A DNA stretch of 64,000 bases from Azolla caroliniana (taxonomy: Eukaryota; Plantae; Polypodiophyta): the NCBI GenBank assembly GCA_043228905.1, contig JBHGNT010000020.1, positions 15,314,001 through 15,378,000 of the forward strand, given 5' to 3'. Under the pieces are notes generated by a model, which was given only the letters and a program-made list of their open reading frames with translations, was not told the DNA's origin and did not search any database. The position numbers and the translations under genes are program-made. The stretch's first letter is position 1. Each line of letters opens with the position of its first letter. Positions 1-14,608 of this stretch are shown one piece after another.

Positions 1-1791
1 TCGATGGCATCATGGTCAGATCCGATGGAGTCGAAAGACAACGATTATCCTTCATTCAACAATGGTTGTCCTCTCCCTTTCTTCAGTCAGTGGGCATCCA
101 CATAACTTGGAACTATTGAGTCCTCTAAGATTTGTATATAACAATCTCAGCTATAAAAAATTTTAACTAATGCACGGAGTTTTGTTTTTTAGAAAAAAAA
201 AAAAAGAAACACATAGTTCATACAAAAAAATTTGACATCTACTCAATTCCTTATTCTAATAGTGTAGCATTCTAGTTTAAAGGGTTGTTTAATGGGGGGG
301 CATGGAAGGATTAAATTGCATGAAACAATTTTTTATGGGGTAATTGAGAGAGAAGTTTGAGAGGGCAGGGTTGATATCACTCAAAATAATTAGGCAGCTA
401 AAGAAATTGAAGAGTAAAACCTCATTAAAGATTTTGATGACTTTGAAACTTTAAAGATTGGGGGGGAGAACTGGTCAAGGAGATATGAGTTCACCTCCAA
501 GTTTACTCGATTTGACATTTTGTGTGACATTTTGTTGCATTGTGTTGCGTTCCATGAATTAAAAGTCAACTATAGGACTTCTTTATGGTATTCTTTTAAT
601 GTATAGCCTCTCCACAATCTTCCATGACATCCTTTCAATAGTGTAATGGGTGGGTGGACAGCTACAATTCATGACTATGTAAGCCTTGTTTCTTTCATTT
701 TATCTCAATGAGCTATATAAATAATTAGTAGTAGTATTTTCGCTGGATCCATGGGAACATGGGGAGCAGTGCCCTATCGATGCAAGCACATGTAACCACG
801 ATCCAAGGGTATCACATAATGTCACATTTTAATATATTGTAAAACTCCTGGAAATTGGAAATCCTACCAACCATTAAAGTCTTTGGACAAGTGTCCATTT
901 TCATTGACCTACATAATATTGGTCGGAGCCTCTTTATCTTTCGTAGACAAAATACGCGTTCTAAAAATTTGTCTACACACTACCAGCCAAAAACTGCAGA
1001 TGTCGTAAAATAATCGAAGGTGCCTGACATGCATGTATAGTGTCTTTTAGACCAAGCCAACTTTGACGTTTGTCTCTATGCCAAGCTGGAAATTTGACTT
1101 ACCATAAACAATCAAAAATATGGCTAAGATTTCGGCTTTAGCAGCAGCATGAAAAAATGAATTGTATAGTCAAGACACCACATGCTATACCACGCATATG
1201 AAGGCATTGTCTTTATACATAATATACACTACACAAAAATTTAGAACATCCATAAATCAATGTGAATTCTATCCGGCAGAAATTACTGTCTGCTTATTCA
1301 ACACTACTATAGCTTTTGCAGCCATAATCATGCGAGTTCAATGCTTGAGCAATACATTGCGTTTAATTAGGTTAAATAATAAAAGTTTGCACCTAAACAT
1401 ATGAATTTACACCACGCAAACTTTTATGGATCTCCCTAATGTTCCAAAAGCGACAGAGAAAGGTCCCCAAAACGGAGCCAATGTTTGCAATATCAATAAC
1501 CTTTTCGTCCACATTATTATCACAATTCCTTTTATTTCTTTCAGACAAATTGTGAAAGATACCTGCGTGAATAAAAAGAGTGACTAGGGTTGCCTTCTTT
1601 CCTTTCCCTGTCAAACCGAAGAGTCAGACGATCATTTAAGAGGAGAGTAATTATGGATCAAACCGACGATTAAGAGCACAGTTGTGAATTTTTAATGCTC
1701 AGAGTGTGAAGGGAGTTAACACCCCAACCCAAAACGCTTTCCTCCTCCACCTCCTCTTCCCATCCATCCACGCAGCAGCACTTACAATTAC

Positions 1792-4700
1792 ATGGCGTCC
1801 GCCTCCATCCGCATGATTCTTCTGTTGCTTCCCTGTTTCATCATCATCCACTTTCATCTCTCTGCCGCGCAATCCCCTTCTGGTAGTGAAAATCCAGAAT
1901 TAGAACTAGAACTTACATTTTTTACCGACTCCATTATATCTCTCTGTATCAGCTTATCTTACTAACCTCCTTGATGTTGCTTTCATGTAGGGTTTCTCAG
2001 CATAGACTGTGGATCAGCCCTAACCACGAATTACACAGACGCATTAGGCATAGGGTGGGTGCCGGATGCAACGATCTGGCCAGACATCCATGGCTGGTCT
2101 TCCACGTCGGAAGTCACACCACCAACTGATGATGACACCAGTCGCGATGCAAAGTATCAGACTCTCCGCTACTTCCCACCTGCCAGTACGTCGCCATTGA
2201 ATCCGACCAAGTTTTGCTACACTTTGCCGGCCATAGGCGATGTATACTACTTGATCCGAGCCACGTTCTGGTATGGCACTTCCTCGACGACATCTTTGTA
2301 CGGCACACGTGTGCCTGGCTCCATAAGCTTCAGAGTGATGGTGGACACATACACAGGAGCACAGATCGACATTGCTCTACCACAAAGCTCTCCGCGTACG
2401 GAGGAGATGTATGTCCGCGCGCAGAGCGGAAGCTCATCGATCTCTGTGTGTCTTTCGGCGGCATCTGAGGATAGTGACACCCCATTCATCAATGCATTGG
2501 AGTTGCGCCCGCTTCCATCACAGATGACGTCGGTGGCCATAGTGAACATGACAAACACTGCCCTTCGCACTGCTCTTCGTAAGGACTATGGAGCGTTTGC
2601 CGACGCCCCTTCCATCATCAGGTAAACCTCATGGCCAAATCAATTTGTATCAGTATGAGCCTGGCCAGACACTCACAACACATACTGGAGAAGACCTACC
2701 TGTGCACATTTTTACATAAATTTCAGTTAGGTGTCAAATGAGAAAGTCCCAACACTTTTAACGTGTGTAGGAGTTAATGAGGAGGAGGACGAAGACATAT
2801 GTATATGATAAGCTGAATTACTATGGATGGCTTGATTAGCTTAATGTCATTTGCATCCTGTTTATTAACACATGCCCATCAATTGATCAGCTCATTAGAA
2901 TGCGTGGGCATTGATTTGCACCAGGTATCCAAACGATACCCTGGACAGACTATGGGAGACGTCAACAACGGGGCCTACAAATCAGACAAGCCACACGGTG
3001 GTCGTGGCCGGACTCGCCGATTCTCCACCCCTTCCCGTGGTGCAAACGAGCTATGCGGCCCCTACTGCTGCCGGGTTCTTCGTGAACTTCACGGATGGAC
3101 TAGATACAACAACCTCCTACTACTACTACTTGGCACTCTTCTTTGCCGAGATCGACCCACGTGTCAATGCCTCGGGCCTCCGCGTGTTTGACGTGACAAT
3201 CAATGGGAGCCCATTCTACCGAAACTTTGACGTCTACGCCAACGTGGGTCAGTATACTGTCTCTGAGCTTTATAGTTCCAAGCAGCTTGGACCCTACACT
3301 GACCACGTCCTCATCAATGCGACATCCACACCGTCTTCCGTCTATCCCCCTTCCATTGCAGCGGCTGAGATCCTCCAACTCTTCGACAATCCCATGGTCC
3401 CCGCCACCTCCTCTGTCGACAGTAAGCTAGCTACTCTGTTTTGATCAATTCGTTGAAACCATTGCATCTGAATATTAAATAGAAATGGCGGGGAGAGGGG
3501 GTCATCATGTACCAATTGTTTCATCACTGTTATAATTATGTTGCTCAAGTTTTCTCGTGATAAATGATCATGAATGTCTGCCTTGACTCTTTTTTATTAT
3601 AAACAGTCCTGGGGGTTCAAGGTATAATTAGTGCGCTATCCAGCAACTTGAGTAGATTCACGGGGGACCCATGTTTGCCTGCGGATTATAAATATCCATG
3701 GCTCAATTGTACTGATAAAGGCATTCTCCCTACTCGAGTGACTTCAATGTGGGTTCATATTATAAAACATTCCATTGTCTATTATATTTATCTTCTCATT
3801 AATGTTTTCCCTATCTGCAAGTATATGAAGTGGTAGAGTATTATGCTGAACTTAATAATGGGCCTGTCGATGTAAATAATGATGATAGATCCTTGTCGAA
3901 CTCGAACCTAGTGGGGAATGTGCCAAGCAGCATCAACAACCTCGATCAAGTTGTGCAGATGTAAGTTGAATGGAGGGCACCTACATATAATCGTTGCTTT
4001 AATTCACAACATTCTTGTCCCTAAACTAATTAGGAAGAATTAAGGAATGGCTTGTTGTTCTCTCACGTTAATTGAACTTGATGATTAAAAGATATGGATG
4101 TTTGGCTCATACATTTTGATCATATTACAGTTTCTTGGATGGCAATGCATTGGAAGGGCCTCTACTGGTCGATCTGAGCAATTTGGTGAATCTCCGAGTC
4201 TTGTGAGTCATATATAACATCCTCAACCATCTCTCATCACCACATGGAATGCACGACATATCATAGAAACAATAATATTAATGTGCTCCTCTCTCATTTC
4301 AAATTGCTTCCTTGTTCTTTGTTCTTGGTGTGGTTACAGGAATCTGAGCAACAACAAGTTGAGTGGACCCATCCCAGATTCACTCGCCAATCTGCCGAAA
4401 TTGACGTACCTGTAAGTGAGAGATCTGACACATTTACAAGCAATTCAGACATTGATAATATTCCATGGGTATATCACAAAGCTGCACCTGCATTTCCATT
4501 CCTTTTTGTTCGTTCTCGGAACTATATATTGTTAAACTGCAATAACCACTGGTATTCTTATTCATAAGCTATTGTTTCTTGAAGAGACTTGCAAAACAAC
4601 AACTTCAGCGGAGAGATTCCGATTTCGCTGCAGCAGAAGACCGGCCTCACTTTCAAGTAAGTGATTATATGCATCCTCCTACCGCCAAGTAGATGTCATA

Positions 4701-6837
4701 TAAACTAAACTACACCAAACCGTATATGGTCTGCATACTTCTGTAGATACGATGGCAACAGCTTTCTGTGCCTTTCGAGTAACAAAACATGCGCGGCGTC
4801 TACATCAAAATCGTCAACTAGTAGTTCTAGTCTTCCAGCCATTATCGGTTCGGTTGTGGGGGTAATAGTTTTCATTGTGATTTTCATGGTCATTATGTGT
4901 ATCGTTTGCAAGCGGCGGCAGAGAAGGCAACATCAAAATCAAGCCTCTGCGAGGCCTACATCTCCACATCAATTACTTGGTCCGCAGGGTAAGAATCGTG
5001 ATGAGGAAGATCGTGTCTCTCTTCTAATATTCTGATCTTGCGTTTCTTAAGTAACAAAACTCTGAAGTATTAACTAAATCTATAGTATACATAATGAGAG
5101 ATCATCTGATCTTTCTCAATCTCTTGCACAAACTTAGTAGCAATGTGTGACAACTTTATTTTAAAGTGCATAATATTTGACTTCTTCTCTACTGGTGAAT
5201 CGTGATGTGCTCATACATATTTGACTTGGATTTCTGCGCTGCATGGCATGTATCCCACAGTCGTGAGCCAGACCAAAATATTTGAAGCTGCAAACGTCTC
5301 CCAGGCCTTCACGTTTCAAGAAATTGTGACGGCCACAAAGAATTTCTCGACAATCATCGGTAAAGGTGGTTTCGGATTCGTGTACAAAGGCACTCTTGCC
5401 AATGGCGTGCTTGTCGCTGTTAAAGTGTTGTCTGATGCATCGCAACAAGGAGCCCACGAATTCCTCAACGAGGTATATATATATATATTGAACTTTTAAA
5501 ACATTGAAGATTTCAGGTACTCGTTCTGTTGGCTTAATGTGAATTGATTTTTAAATAGGTCACTCTTCTATCCCGTGTGCATCATAAGAAACTCGTGGGA
5601 TTGGTTGGATATTGCACCGAGATAAAGCTAGTTCTAGTGTACGAGTTTATGTCAAATGGTTCATTGTTTGATTCCCTTTTCGGTAATGAAACTCCACTAA
5701 ATATGTGTTAATGTTGTTCATGATATATTTGATGATTGGCTGAGATCATGTCATTTCTTTGTATAAACCATAAAAAGGAAACCCTGCGTTAATGAATTCT
5801 CGTCCTTTGGAATGGATCGAAAGATTGCGAATTTTGTTGGATGCAGCCCAAGGTGATGGACAATATTGAGTTCATTTAAATTTATATATGTGTCATATAT
5901 GTTATACTATGTTATTTATTATATGTTGTTACATCACCAACAACATTATGCAATATGTTGTAATTTGCTAAAAATGATTGTAGGCCTTGCGTACTTGCAT
6001 CATGGATGTAACTCATTAATCATTCATAGAGATGTGAAGAGTAGCAACATCCTAATGTCTAAAGATTTGGAAGGGAAAATGTCTGATTTTGGAATATCCC
6101 GGCTAAAGCCCAACACTGGTGCACATGAGGAATTGGCAACAAAGCTAATGGGTAGCATGGGATACTTGGACCCCGAGTAAGTAATGTCATCTACAATATA
6201 GATATGCATAAAAAAACTACTTGCCCCATCCAAAACCTTTTTTGATACATTTCGTGACATGACACAATAGCCATCCATGTGTTTTATATGTACCGTCAAC
6301 TATCTTTAAGGTGGGATAACTTGATCTTCTTTCATGATTAATAATAAATCACATCATCCCAGGTTTGCATCCACGTTAATATTGTCTGAGAAGATTGACA
6401 TATATAGCTTTGGAGTAGTTCTCTTTGAGGCAATATGTGGCAAACCTCCTGTGTTGAAAGATTTGGAACGTTCAAACAACGACATTCACATCGTAGAATG
6501 GGTAACTATGAATAAAAAGGACGAATCATAAATTAAATGTTGTCTTATAATTTTTAAAAACACATGATCTACATTGTTGCAGGCGAGACCTTATTATTAT
6601 CAAGGTGCAATCGAGGAGGTTGTAGACCAAAACATGGGTAATTACAACATATCATCTATATGGAAAGTGGCAGAGATTGCCATGGCATGTGTTCAATTTC
6701 AGGGTAGAAAACGACCAACAATGAATGAAGTTTGTAATGAGCTTTCTGAAGCCTTGAGATTAGAGACTAGTTCCCAAACAATTTCACCAGCAGTTACAGG
6801 AGAATGCTATCCCTTGAACGACGTGAAGGCTAGATGA
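1792..6837 (+). CDS. Malectin-like domain LRR receptor-like Ser/Thr kinase (LRR-I/IOS1-type), ~15 exons
   Basis: Exons joined at GT..AG in frame: 1792-1882 (signal peptide [16 protein letters not shown]), 1991-2621 ([35 protein letters not shown]), 2925-3421 ([11 protein letters not shown]), 3607-3748 (GDPCLP..W..C), four 72-nt LRR exons (3889-3960, 4131-4202, 4340-4411, 4585-4656), 4747-4988 ([25 protein letters not shown] then KRRQRR). Kinase exons 5261-5472 (GKGGFG, VAVK), 5559-5682, 5778-5852, 5984-6176 ([17 protein letters not shown]), 6363-6501, 6583-6837 (TGA). Confidence 0.93.
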
Positions 6838-8779
6838 GCTTGTGTAAATACCAACGTAACATCTGCCTTGTGTTTTGAATATACTTTATCTCATGTACAA
6901 TATAATTTAGAAGTCAAACAATAAATGCCACGCCTTTCCGCTTTTGTGAATATCACACTATCATTTCTATTCATGGAGTTATTTTTATCAAGTTATTAAA
7001 GGGGGATGATAATAATTTATGACAAAGCAAGGGTCACCAAGCATCTTTCATGATAAAAAATCAATATCTATTGTATGTTACCACATTTTCTTGTTTGTTG
7101 TTGTGGATCATAATGAACCATTCGTCTCGTTCTCTTTCCATTTGCTCCAGCCCTCCCCCCTACCCTTTATAATGACAACAATACCACTTGATAATGATAA
7201 TTCTTAACTCATGTAAAAAATGAATGATAAGCTTTAGGTCAAAGCCACGGTTGTTGAGTGCTTATCACAACAACAATAAGAGTTGATGATATTCAAAGTT
7301 TGAAGTAGCCATTGTGGACTACCTTTCTTTGTTAACTATGAAATTCTTAAATCATTGTGCATTTGTGAAACGGAAGCATTATCATAAATAAAAAGTGGTA
7401 CACATGGAGTCTGGCAACGTGTTGTTGTGTTAATGGTATATCTCCTCTTGTTGTGAGGAAGAAAGTGTGTCTTCAATGGGTGATGTTATGACACCAATGT
7501 CACCTAAATGATGGTCGATGATTGATTATGTTGTCTATGATTCGAGAGAGCCACTTGGTATGAGCAATCAATAGTGTGAGCTCGTCATCATAACTAATAG
7601 CAAATTGTAGAAATCAAACTAGTAGAACAACATGCTATAAGAGTAACGGATGTGAGGTGATTCTCATATCAAAAGAGCCTTTTGTTGTAAGTCATGTATC
7701 CTACTTGGGCAATGGTAGGGGTGAGCTTCTACCCTTAAGAGTGTCTCGTCAGAAGGGACTCGAGGGTGTGTATGTATGTTGGGGGTATCGGGAATGTAGT
7801 TAGAGTGGAGTTGCGCATCTACTAGGTTTGGTTCTAGCTATGCCAAGATCTCGCAGTAAAGTACAGTACAATGTACATACATATATACATTATACATACA
7901 TAGTAAAAGTAAAAAGCAGTAGTAGCAGAAGTGGTGGAGGTTCCCCCGTTACAAAATACATACTCAAAAATGAAAGCTTTTTACGACATTCAAAATTTCT
8001 ATAGACATCCCAGTCATAAAGAGATATAATCGATACTTCCATCTCTCGTCACTCGTGGTTTTCCCTCCCCTGTTCTCCGATGTTTAGGGTTTCCTCCTCC
8101 CTCACAGACCCCCTCTCTTCTTCTTCTTCTTCTTCTCCTTGGTACTGTTTTTCTGCAGCAATCTGAAGCAGAGCACATCCACGTCTCCACATGAAGATCT
8201 TATCCGTTTTAGGTACTTGAATTAGAAAAAGACTAAGATGCATGTTTCCGTCTGTTCAATCATTTCCAAATTAGACGCAATCAGAACCTTGACGTCTTTT
8301 CCTTCTGCATTTCTTAGGTATACATCATCCAAAGTGCAAGAGGCGAACTTGCTACTTCCGGAAAACTTAGGTATTCATTTCAAAGTTTCACATAGACTCT
8401 TAGATATGTGTATGTGTATGAAATATGTATGTATTTCTATGTGCACGTATGTATAGACCTGTATACATACGTGCAAACTCATACAACGCGTCAATCCTTA
8501 AAAAAATGAATGCGTTTACCTAAATCTTCCATCAATAAGCATAAGAAATCTGCATTATGCAATGGCTGTGTCTTGATGAAGAAGAAATGGATTTATTGAT
8601 ATCTCTCTTTTGAAATGAAAATAGTACTTTTGCATGAAAGAAGTTGGCATTTGATGGTATTGTAAATGAAAATGAAAATCATTTATTTGGTTTCTATTTC
8701 TTTGGGATGAGCCATTCATTTGACAAAATGGACCTGAAATTCTGAATCTTCAAATACTTATTTTTTGATGCTCCAGAAT

Positions 8780-10288
8780 ATGTTGTAAGTCCTCAATTAC
8801 TGCATTCAAAGCAAATATGAGAGGAACTTTTCCTGGTGAAACAAGAATAAATAACCCTATCGAAAATGAGCTTGATCATCTCCCATTAAGGTTAATGTGC
8901 TTTGTAATTTGTGTGATTCATTCTCAGATAAGTTTCTAGATTCCATAATAGTTATTTAATCGATAACAATGCATTGCATAGAGAAGCAGAAGAGGAAGGT
9001 TCATCAGGATCCTCTTGTAGAAGAGAGAATCAGTTGGGAGAGGTAAGATTCAAAAAGATTTATATCAAAATTTACCTTTGCACTTATAAAGAGTTATATA
9101 TGCTGACTTATAAATTATTGCTTGAATTGGTGCTGCAGAAAATGAAATTTGGCCAAACTTTCTCAGCCACAAGTAAGTTATTTGCATTCAGAAAGTATTC
9201 TAGTTGTCAAAACTTATTGAAGTTTGACACATTCTCATTGAGTATTTCTGTATCTATTGCCGTCAATGTGAATATTTTTATTCTTGGTTGGCCCTAATTG
9301 TTTAATGGTCTAATATGTATGTATGATGCAGCTTCAGAATATAATGGGGATGATAGGAATAAGATAAACATTCAGTTAAGTCTTTCTGAAGGTTTTAATA
9401 ATACATCCACAAATCCTGTCAGCACTCTATTACCAAAGACAAGTGTAGAGTATTGGAATAGTAATCAAGCTATGGGACAGGAAGGTTCAGGAGTTGTTTC
9501 TCTTCCTGGCTCATTAGGTCCAAATATGAATTACCATGGCCCTAGTAGTGGTGGATCTTCGGAGTATTGGATTCAGGTTAATTATTGGATGTGCATATTT
9601 TTATCCTTATTGATTGTAATTTTAGGGAAATGTAGTAACATATTCTGTAGATTTCATGAAATTTGCCAAAAACTGATATTTGGTATCTTCCCTGATTTAT
9701 ATTTCTTTCTCAAATCAGAATCATTGATTTTATAGGATGAGAAGGAGCTCAAGCGGCAGAAGAGGAAAGAAGCGAATAGAGAATCAGCAAAGCGGTCAAG
9801 ATTGCGTAAACAGGTGTTTGAGGGCTCTTTTTCGGATACATTAAATTTGAACATCACCAATTTGGAAATTGGAATATCATCAGTAATTGTTTAAGAAGAA
9901 GCAGACTGCCATTTGTTTATGATTTATGAGGCAAGTTATTGACATTTTTTTATCATTTTTTCAGTCTGAATGTGACGAGCTAACAGAAAAAGTGCAGAAT
10001 CTCACTGCAGAAAATGAAACTTTAAGAATAGAAGTGCATAAACTTAGTGATATGTGCCAGAAACTTTCAGCTGAAAACGTATTTCTATATGTGAGTAGAT
10101 TTTTCTATGTTTTTGAGTTGGCTTTTCTGATTATTTCAGTAGTTGTTAGTGAGAGCTTCTCTTAGTTATTTTACATTTAAATAGGTTTTTAGGATTTATA
10201 GCCTACTTTTGTGATATTGTCAACATTTGTTAGTGAAAGCTTCTTTTAACTATGCTTCATGTGTCTGTAGGATCGACTGGCGAAATGA
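8780..10288 (+). CDS. G-box-binding-factor-like (group G) bZIP transcription factor, short form (~188 aa)
   Basis: Exon 9736-9813 encodes DEKELKRQKRKEANRESAKRSRLRKQ and is preceded by ..EYWIQ (exon 9332-9576). Zipper exon 9965-10090 (SECDELTEKVQNLTAENETLR..) and terminal exon 10271-10288 (DRLAK*) follow. Upstream in-frame exons are 8982-9042 and 9139-9172. The start is proposed in a micro-exon at 8777-8784 and is less certain. Confidence 0.85.
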
Positions 10289-11324
10289 AAATGAAAATGC
10301 TTGCTCTATTGTTGCTTATTTTGCCTCTTAGTTACAGATAAATCAAGTACCAAATCGGCATTTCAAACAGGTTGACAGGAGACTTACCATAACCATCTTG
10401 ATAAATTTGTTAGGAGAAAGCATGAAAGAGTTAACTGGTGATATTGTACTGAAGATTGGGTTCCAATCAACGTAATGTAACATACACACTACCTATGTAG
10501 AATTTGTAAATGTGATATGGAATGTTTGTTATCAATTTAAACTTGGTTTTTGTAATGATTCTGCATTAAATTCCACACAATATACAAGATGGCATCATCC
10601 GAAACTGAGTAGATTCTGCAGCATTTTCTTTTGTGTGCTGTTTTCCACCTCAGTCCCCATTTTCTAAACACGATGATTTTGTTTGCACTCTGATTATTGA
10701 ACGTCAAAAGTCCTTCTGGTGAATTGAGCCTTAAAAATATGTGTGGGCCTTGATTTCTTATTGGCTGGGTCAGGCTTTTAATCAAGTTCTCATCTTAATG
10801 TTGTTAAAGGCCCCGTCATATATAATATGGTAGAACTACTTTTAAGTACAAATTAACATTATGAGACTAAAATATGTCATTCCTGTCCGGCAATAATAAT
10901 GGATAAATATTTAGAGTTTAAAGTTTGTGAATGAGCAATGGTAGACATTGTATTTTGTGTGAATATTTCTTCCTCTCCTCAATTGAAGAATTATGCGACT
11001 TATGAATTGCTATAGCAATATTCTCCTATTGAATTTTTTTAGAAATGTATCATTTTTTATTTTTCTATATAGTTGGAAGTTGGAACCTATATTGGTAGGG
11101 CTATGAATTCTTAATGATTGTACTAGTGAAGAGGCCTTGTAGTGCGTGTCTAGGTGTATATATAACATATATCCATGAAAAAATCAGGGGTTTGTGGGTG
11201 GATTATTGTGAGGAATGGCCCATGAAAGTGCCATTGTTTTCGGTGATGGAAGGAGCTGTTTGTTGGTTTATGCTATATTTCTTCTACAATCAATGCATGC
11301 ATGCAGATCACATAATATGGACAT

Positions 11325-14300
11325 GTTTTTTTTTCCTGGAATCACTTGAATGCAGTTTTAGTAGTAAAATGTATACCCATGGTTAGAAAGTAATGTATCT
11401 CCTTTTTATAAATGCAGCATGATATTTTCCTTGGTCATACATTAAACTTGTATTTTTAATGGAGCCGTATTGGTAATGCTCTTATCCTTATCCATTTCTT
11501 GATCGCAATAGTGTTAATGTGTCTTCCAACATTTGATCAATCAATACTGAAGGTGGTATACTTATTCAATTCTTTTGAATCATGCACCAATGATAACATA
11601 CTGTAAGATAACAAGGTTAGTTACATGTTATTTTCTTAGTTGAGCTACAACTATTGTGTAAAACATAATTGGAGAGAGTTTGATAGTGAGCATGTAACGT
11701 AAGAGCATCCTTTGTCTTTCAATGACTACTGTCTTGACCTGACTTGCCATTTTTCCAATTTATTTTTGTCACGTAGCATCAATGTGTGTTTGGCCATACA
11801 CAATGCATCCTCTTCATGTAAGGTCAAAGATATTCTGTGCTAACTCCGTTAGGGCTTGACAAGTAAATTTGGCTTGTTGAGTGCAATCTCTTTGTCTTGA
11901 AACATACCACACTCCCGTACTCTTGTATTATTTTTTGTAATCTATGTACAAAATGTACCCACGTCGTTGACTTCTACATAAAGAGGAGGTATTATGTCAT
12001 ACACCATCCTCTTGAAGAGCCCGTGCTTGAGGTAGCTATTATTAATGAGCATCAGTCTCTTCCTTTGGAGATGCACTTCATAAGAATGATTCCCAAAATG
12101 AAGGTCTAACCAGACAAGAGCATGATCTCGCAATTGCAAAGCATGATCTATATGCATTGTACATGTGAAATTTTCATATTGACTAGCATGCAACAAATAC
12201 CATTTATCAAGCCTTGCATAGTATGAGGAGTGGGTGGTATGATGAAAGGTAAACCCAGGAACATCTAGGTGCATCATTTTCCATAAATCAGCCCAATCCA
12301 ATGAGCTTTGCATATTATACCATTGACCTTGTTCCTCTTGCAACATATGCAAGTGGCCACTATTGTTATCACCTACATTTGGAGAGTTGTTGAAGTCTTC
12401 ACATATAAATGCATTTTGTGGCCATGGATAAGTGCAAATGTCTTGCCAAAATAAATATCTTCCCCTTGAGGCATTCGGGGCATATATTCCAACAAAATCA
12501 TATGTCTCTCCATTTATCATGCATTGCATAACCATCCACCTCCCACATTGATCATTATAGGCAACCATTGGATTTAGCTCATGTTTTATGATCATAAGCA
12601 CTCTAGACGTTGTACCTTGACCTGTATAAAAGATGTCAAAACCTCCAAATGAACAAGCTTGACCATTGATTCAACTTGTTTATGTTCTTGAACACAAATT
12701 ACATCTACTTGAGAAGAGACAATATAGTTCCAAAATAGTTTCCATTTATTAGGGTTACAAAGGCCCAATACATTGAGGAGACATATTTGACTTGTTTATG
12801 CATGGTTAATATGGTTGAAGATATGAAACAAAGCAAAATACCAATCCGATTGCATATTAGTATCATCGCCATGCTTATTTACATGAAGACTCATATCTGC
12901 ATTTAATCCTTCTTTGCAAATGTCCACATATGAGCCTCCACTCACCCTTTTCCAGGCTTTTGAGATTGAAGAGAGCATTGAAGCATTAACCTGTAAAGAT
13001 GAACCTTGATTCTCAAGTGTGTGTGTGTAGTTCCTAACCACAACAGGTGTCTTGCTTCTAAAGGATTTCTTAGATAATTGCTATCCTTAAGTGTTCTCTT
13101 TGTCCACATCAGAGTCTTGTCTCAAATCGTACATGTTTGATTGCACATTACCAATTGTCTGCAAGACTTTACTTTCCCCTTGGTCTTGTACTCTTGGTTT
13201 CTGGATGGGTTGCATCAGAGATCAATTGGTTGCCTTTGAAGAAAAAACCTGACTATTTTCTTTTAATGATGTGGGTTTCAACATTGCAATTTCAGGTGGC
13301 TGAATAGTGAGTGTTGGGCATTTTGATTGCATATGACCAAACTTGTTATATGTGTAACATACACTTGCAATTTTGCCCCATTTCCGCTTGAAAGGTCTTG
13401 CACCAATAGTTGGAGCATCCAAGTTGAAGGTGATACCTTCCAAGATCAGAATATTTGTGTCCCAAAGAATACAAAATGTATTCAAAGTACTTGTAGTTTT
13501 TTGGGGTGTACTACTCTCCCCATTCCGGCTACAATTTAGGTAGCACGTGATTCCAATTTCGTGGAAAGTCAAGCACTTCCACCCAAACAGGACATTTGTG
13601 TTGAATTAGCCCTTGATAGTCTTTTGTCAAAGACTACAACAATGCATGAACCATTTGATAGCTATATGTTAAAGGAGATTCTTCAAGTAATTGAATTTTG
13701 TATTTCGGTTATGATAGCAACACTTCGTAAAAGCCTCTAGCAACAAAATAAACTCCATTAACTGCATAGACTTTAAACATTGCATTTATCCGTTGAGCTG
13801 CGTCATTTGCAGAAGGCATCTTCTCAGGAAAAACGAGAATAATAGCATTTGACATGTACATTTTAAAGGATTCAACAAGTCCTGTGATGGGAAAGTAAAT
13901 GTCTTGCTTGGCAGAGGGCCATGCCATGTCTTTCTGGCCTCTACAAAGTCCTTTACTAGACTATCCCGAAGCCATTTTGTATATACGGGATCTTCTATTA
14001 TTTCTTTCCTCTTCTTATTCCATACAGACAATGATTGAGCCATCCGTGGCAACAATAATGTGGTAGACCTGCTACTTTGTGTGTTGAAATGTAGAGAGGT
14101 CTAACAAAGTTAATGAGAGGAGCAAACATGGTATCTCACAACTTAGGTCGAAATAGGCAGGTCCTGAAGTCCGGACTCCGCTCAGATTTGAGGGAATCTG
14201 ACATGCTCAATCCATCCGGATGGCGCTGAAACCCCAAAACAACTCAGACCTCATCTGAATCTGACTCCGGATGAGGGAGATATTAGATTTGAAAGGTAAA

Positions 14301-14608
14301 CTCTGTCTCTTTGTCTTTCACGTTGCGCTGTGTTGTGCCTTATAGTGCAATTTACAATGGAACAAATGATAAAAAAGCATTCAATAGTGATGCAAAGAAA
14401 TTACAAGACACAAATTTATGTAAATCATGTTTATAACCAATTGATGTTTATTGGAGTATGTGGTTACATTACAATGCTACCAAAGAATTACCTGCCACAA
14501 TAATAGGGACTTTATATCATATCATAATATAGTATCCAAATTTAATAGTGCATTGAATTCTACCAACTATAAAAAATATCTAGTGACATCAATTAAAGTA
14601 TAGGGACT
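11325..14608 (-). mobile_element. Decayed L1-clade LINE, 5' part only (ORF1 zinc knuckle + APE endonuclease)
   Basis: Minus-strand ORF1 remnants at 13222-14055 include a knuckle-like CYTYNKFGHMQSKC. The endonuclease ORF 11942-12601 has GIYAPN, DFN, GFTF, ARLDKW and DH motifs. No RT domain is visible. A T-tract lies at 11326-11334 and 62-bp direct repeats flank the element. Confidence 0.8.
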
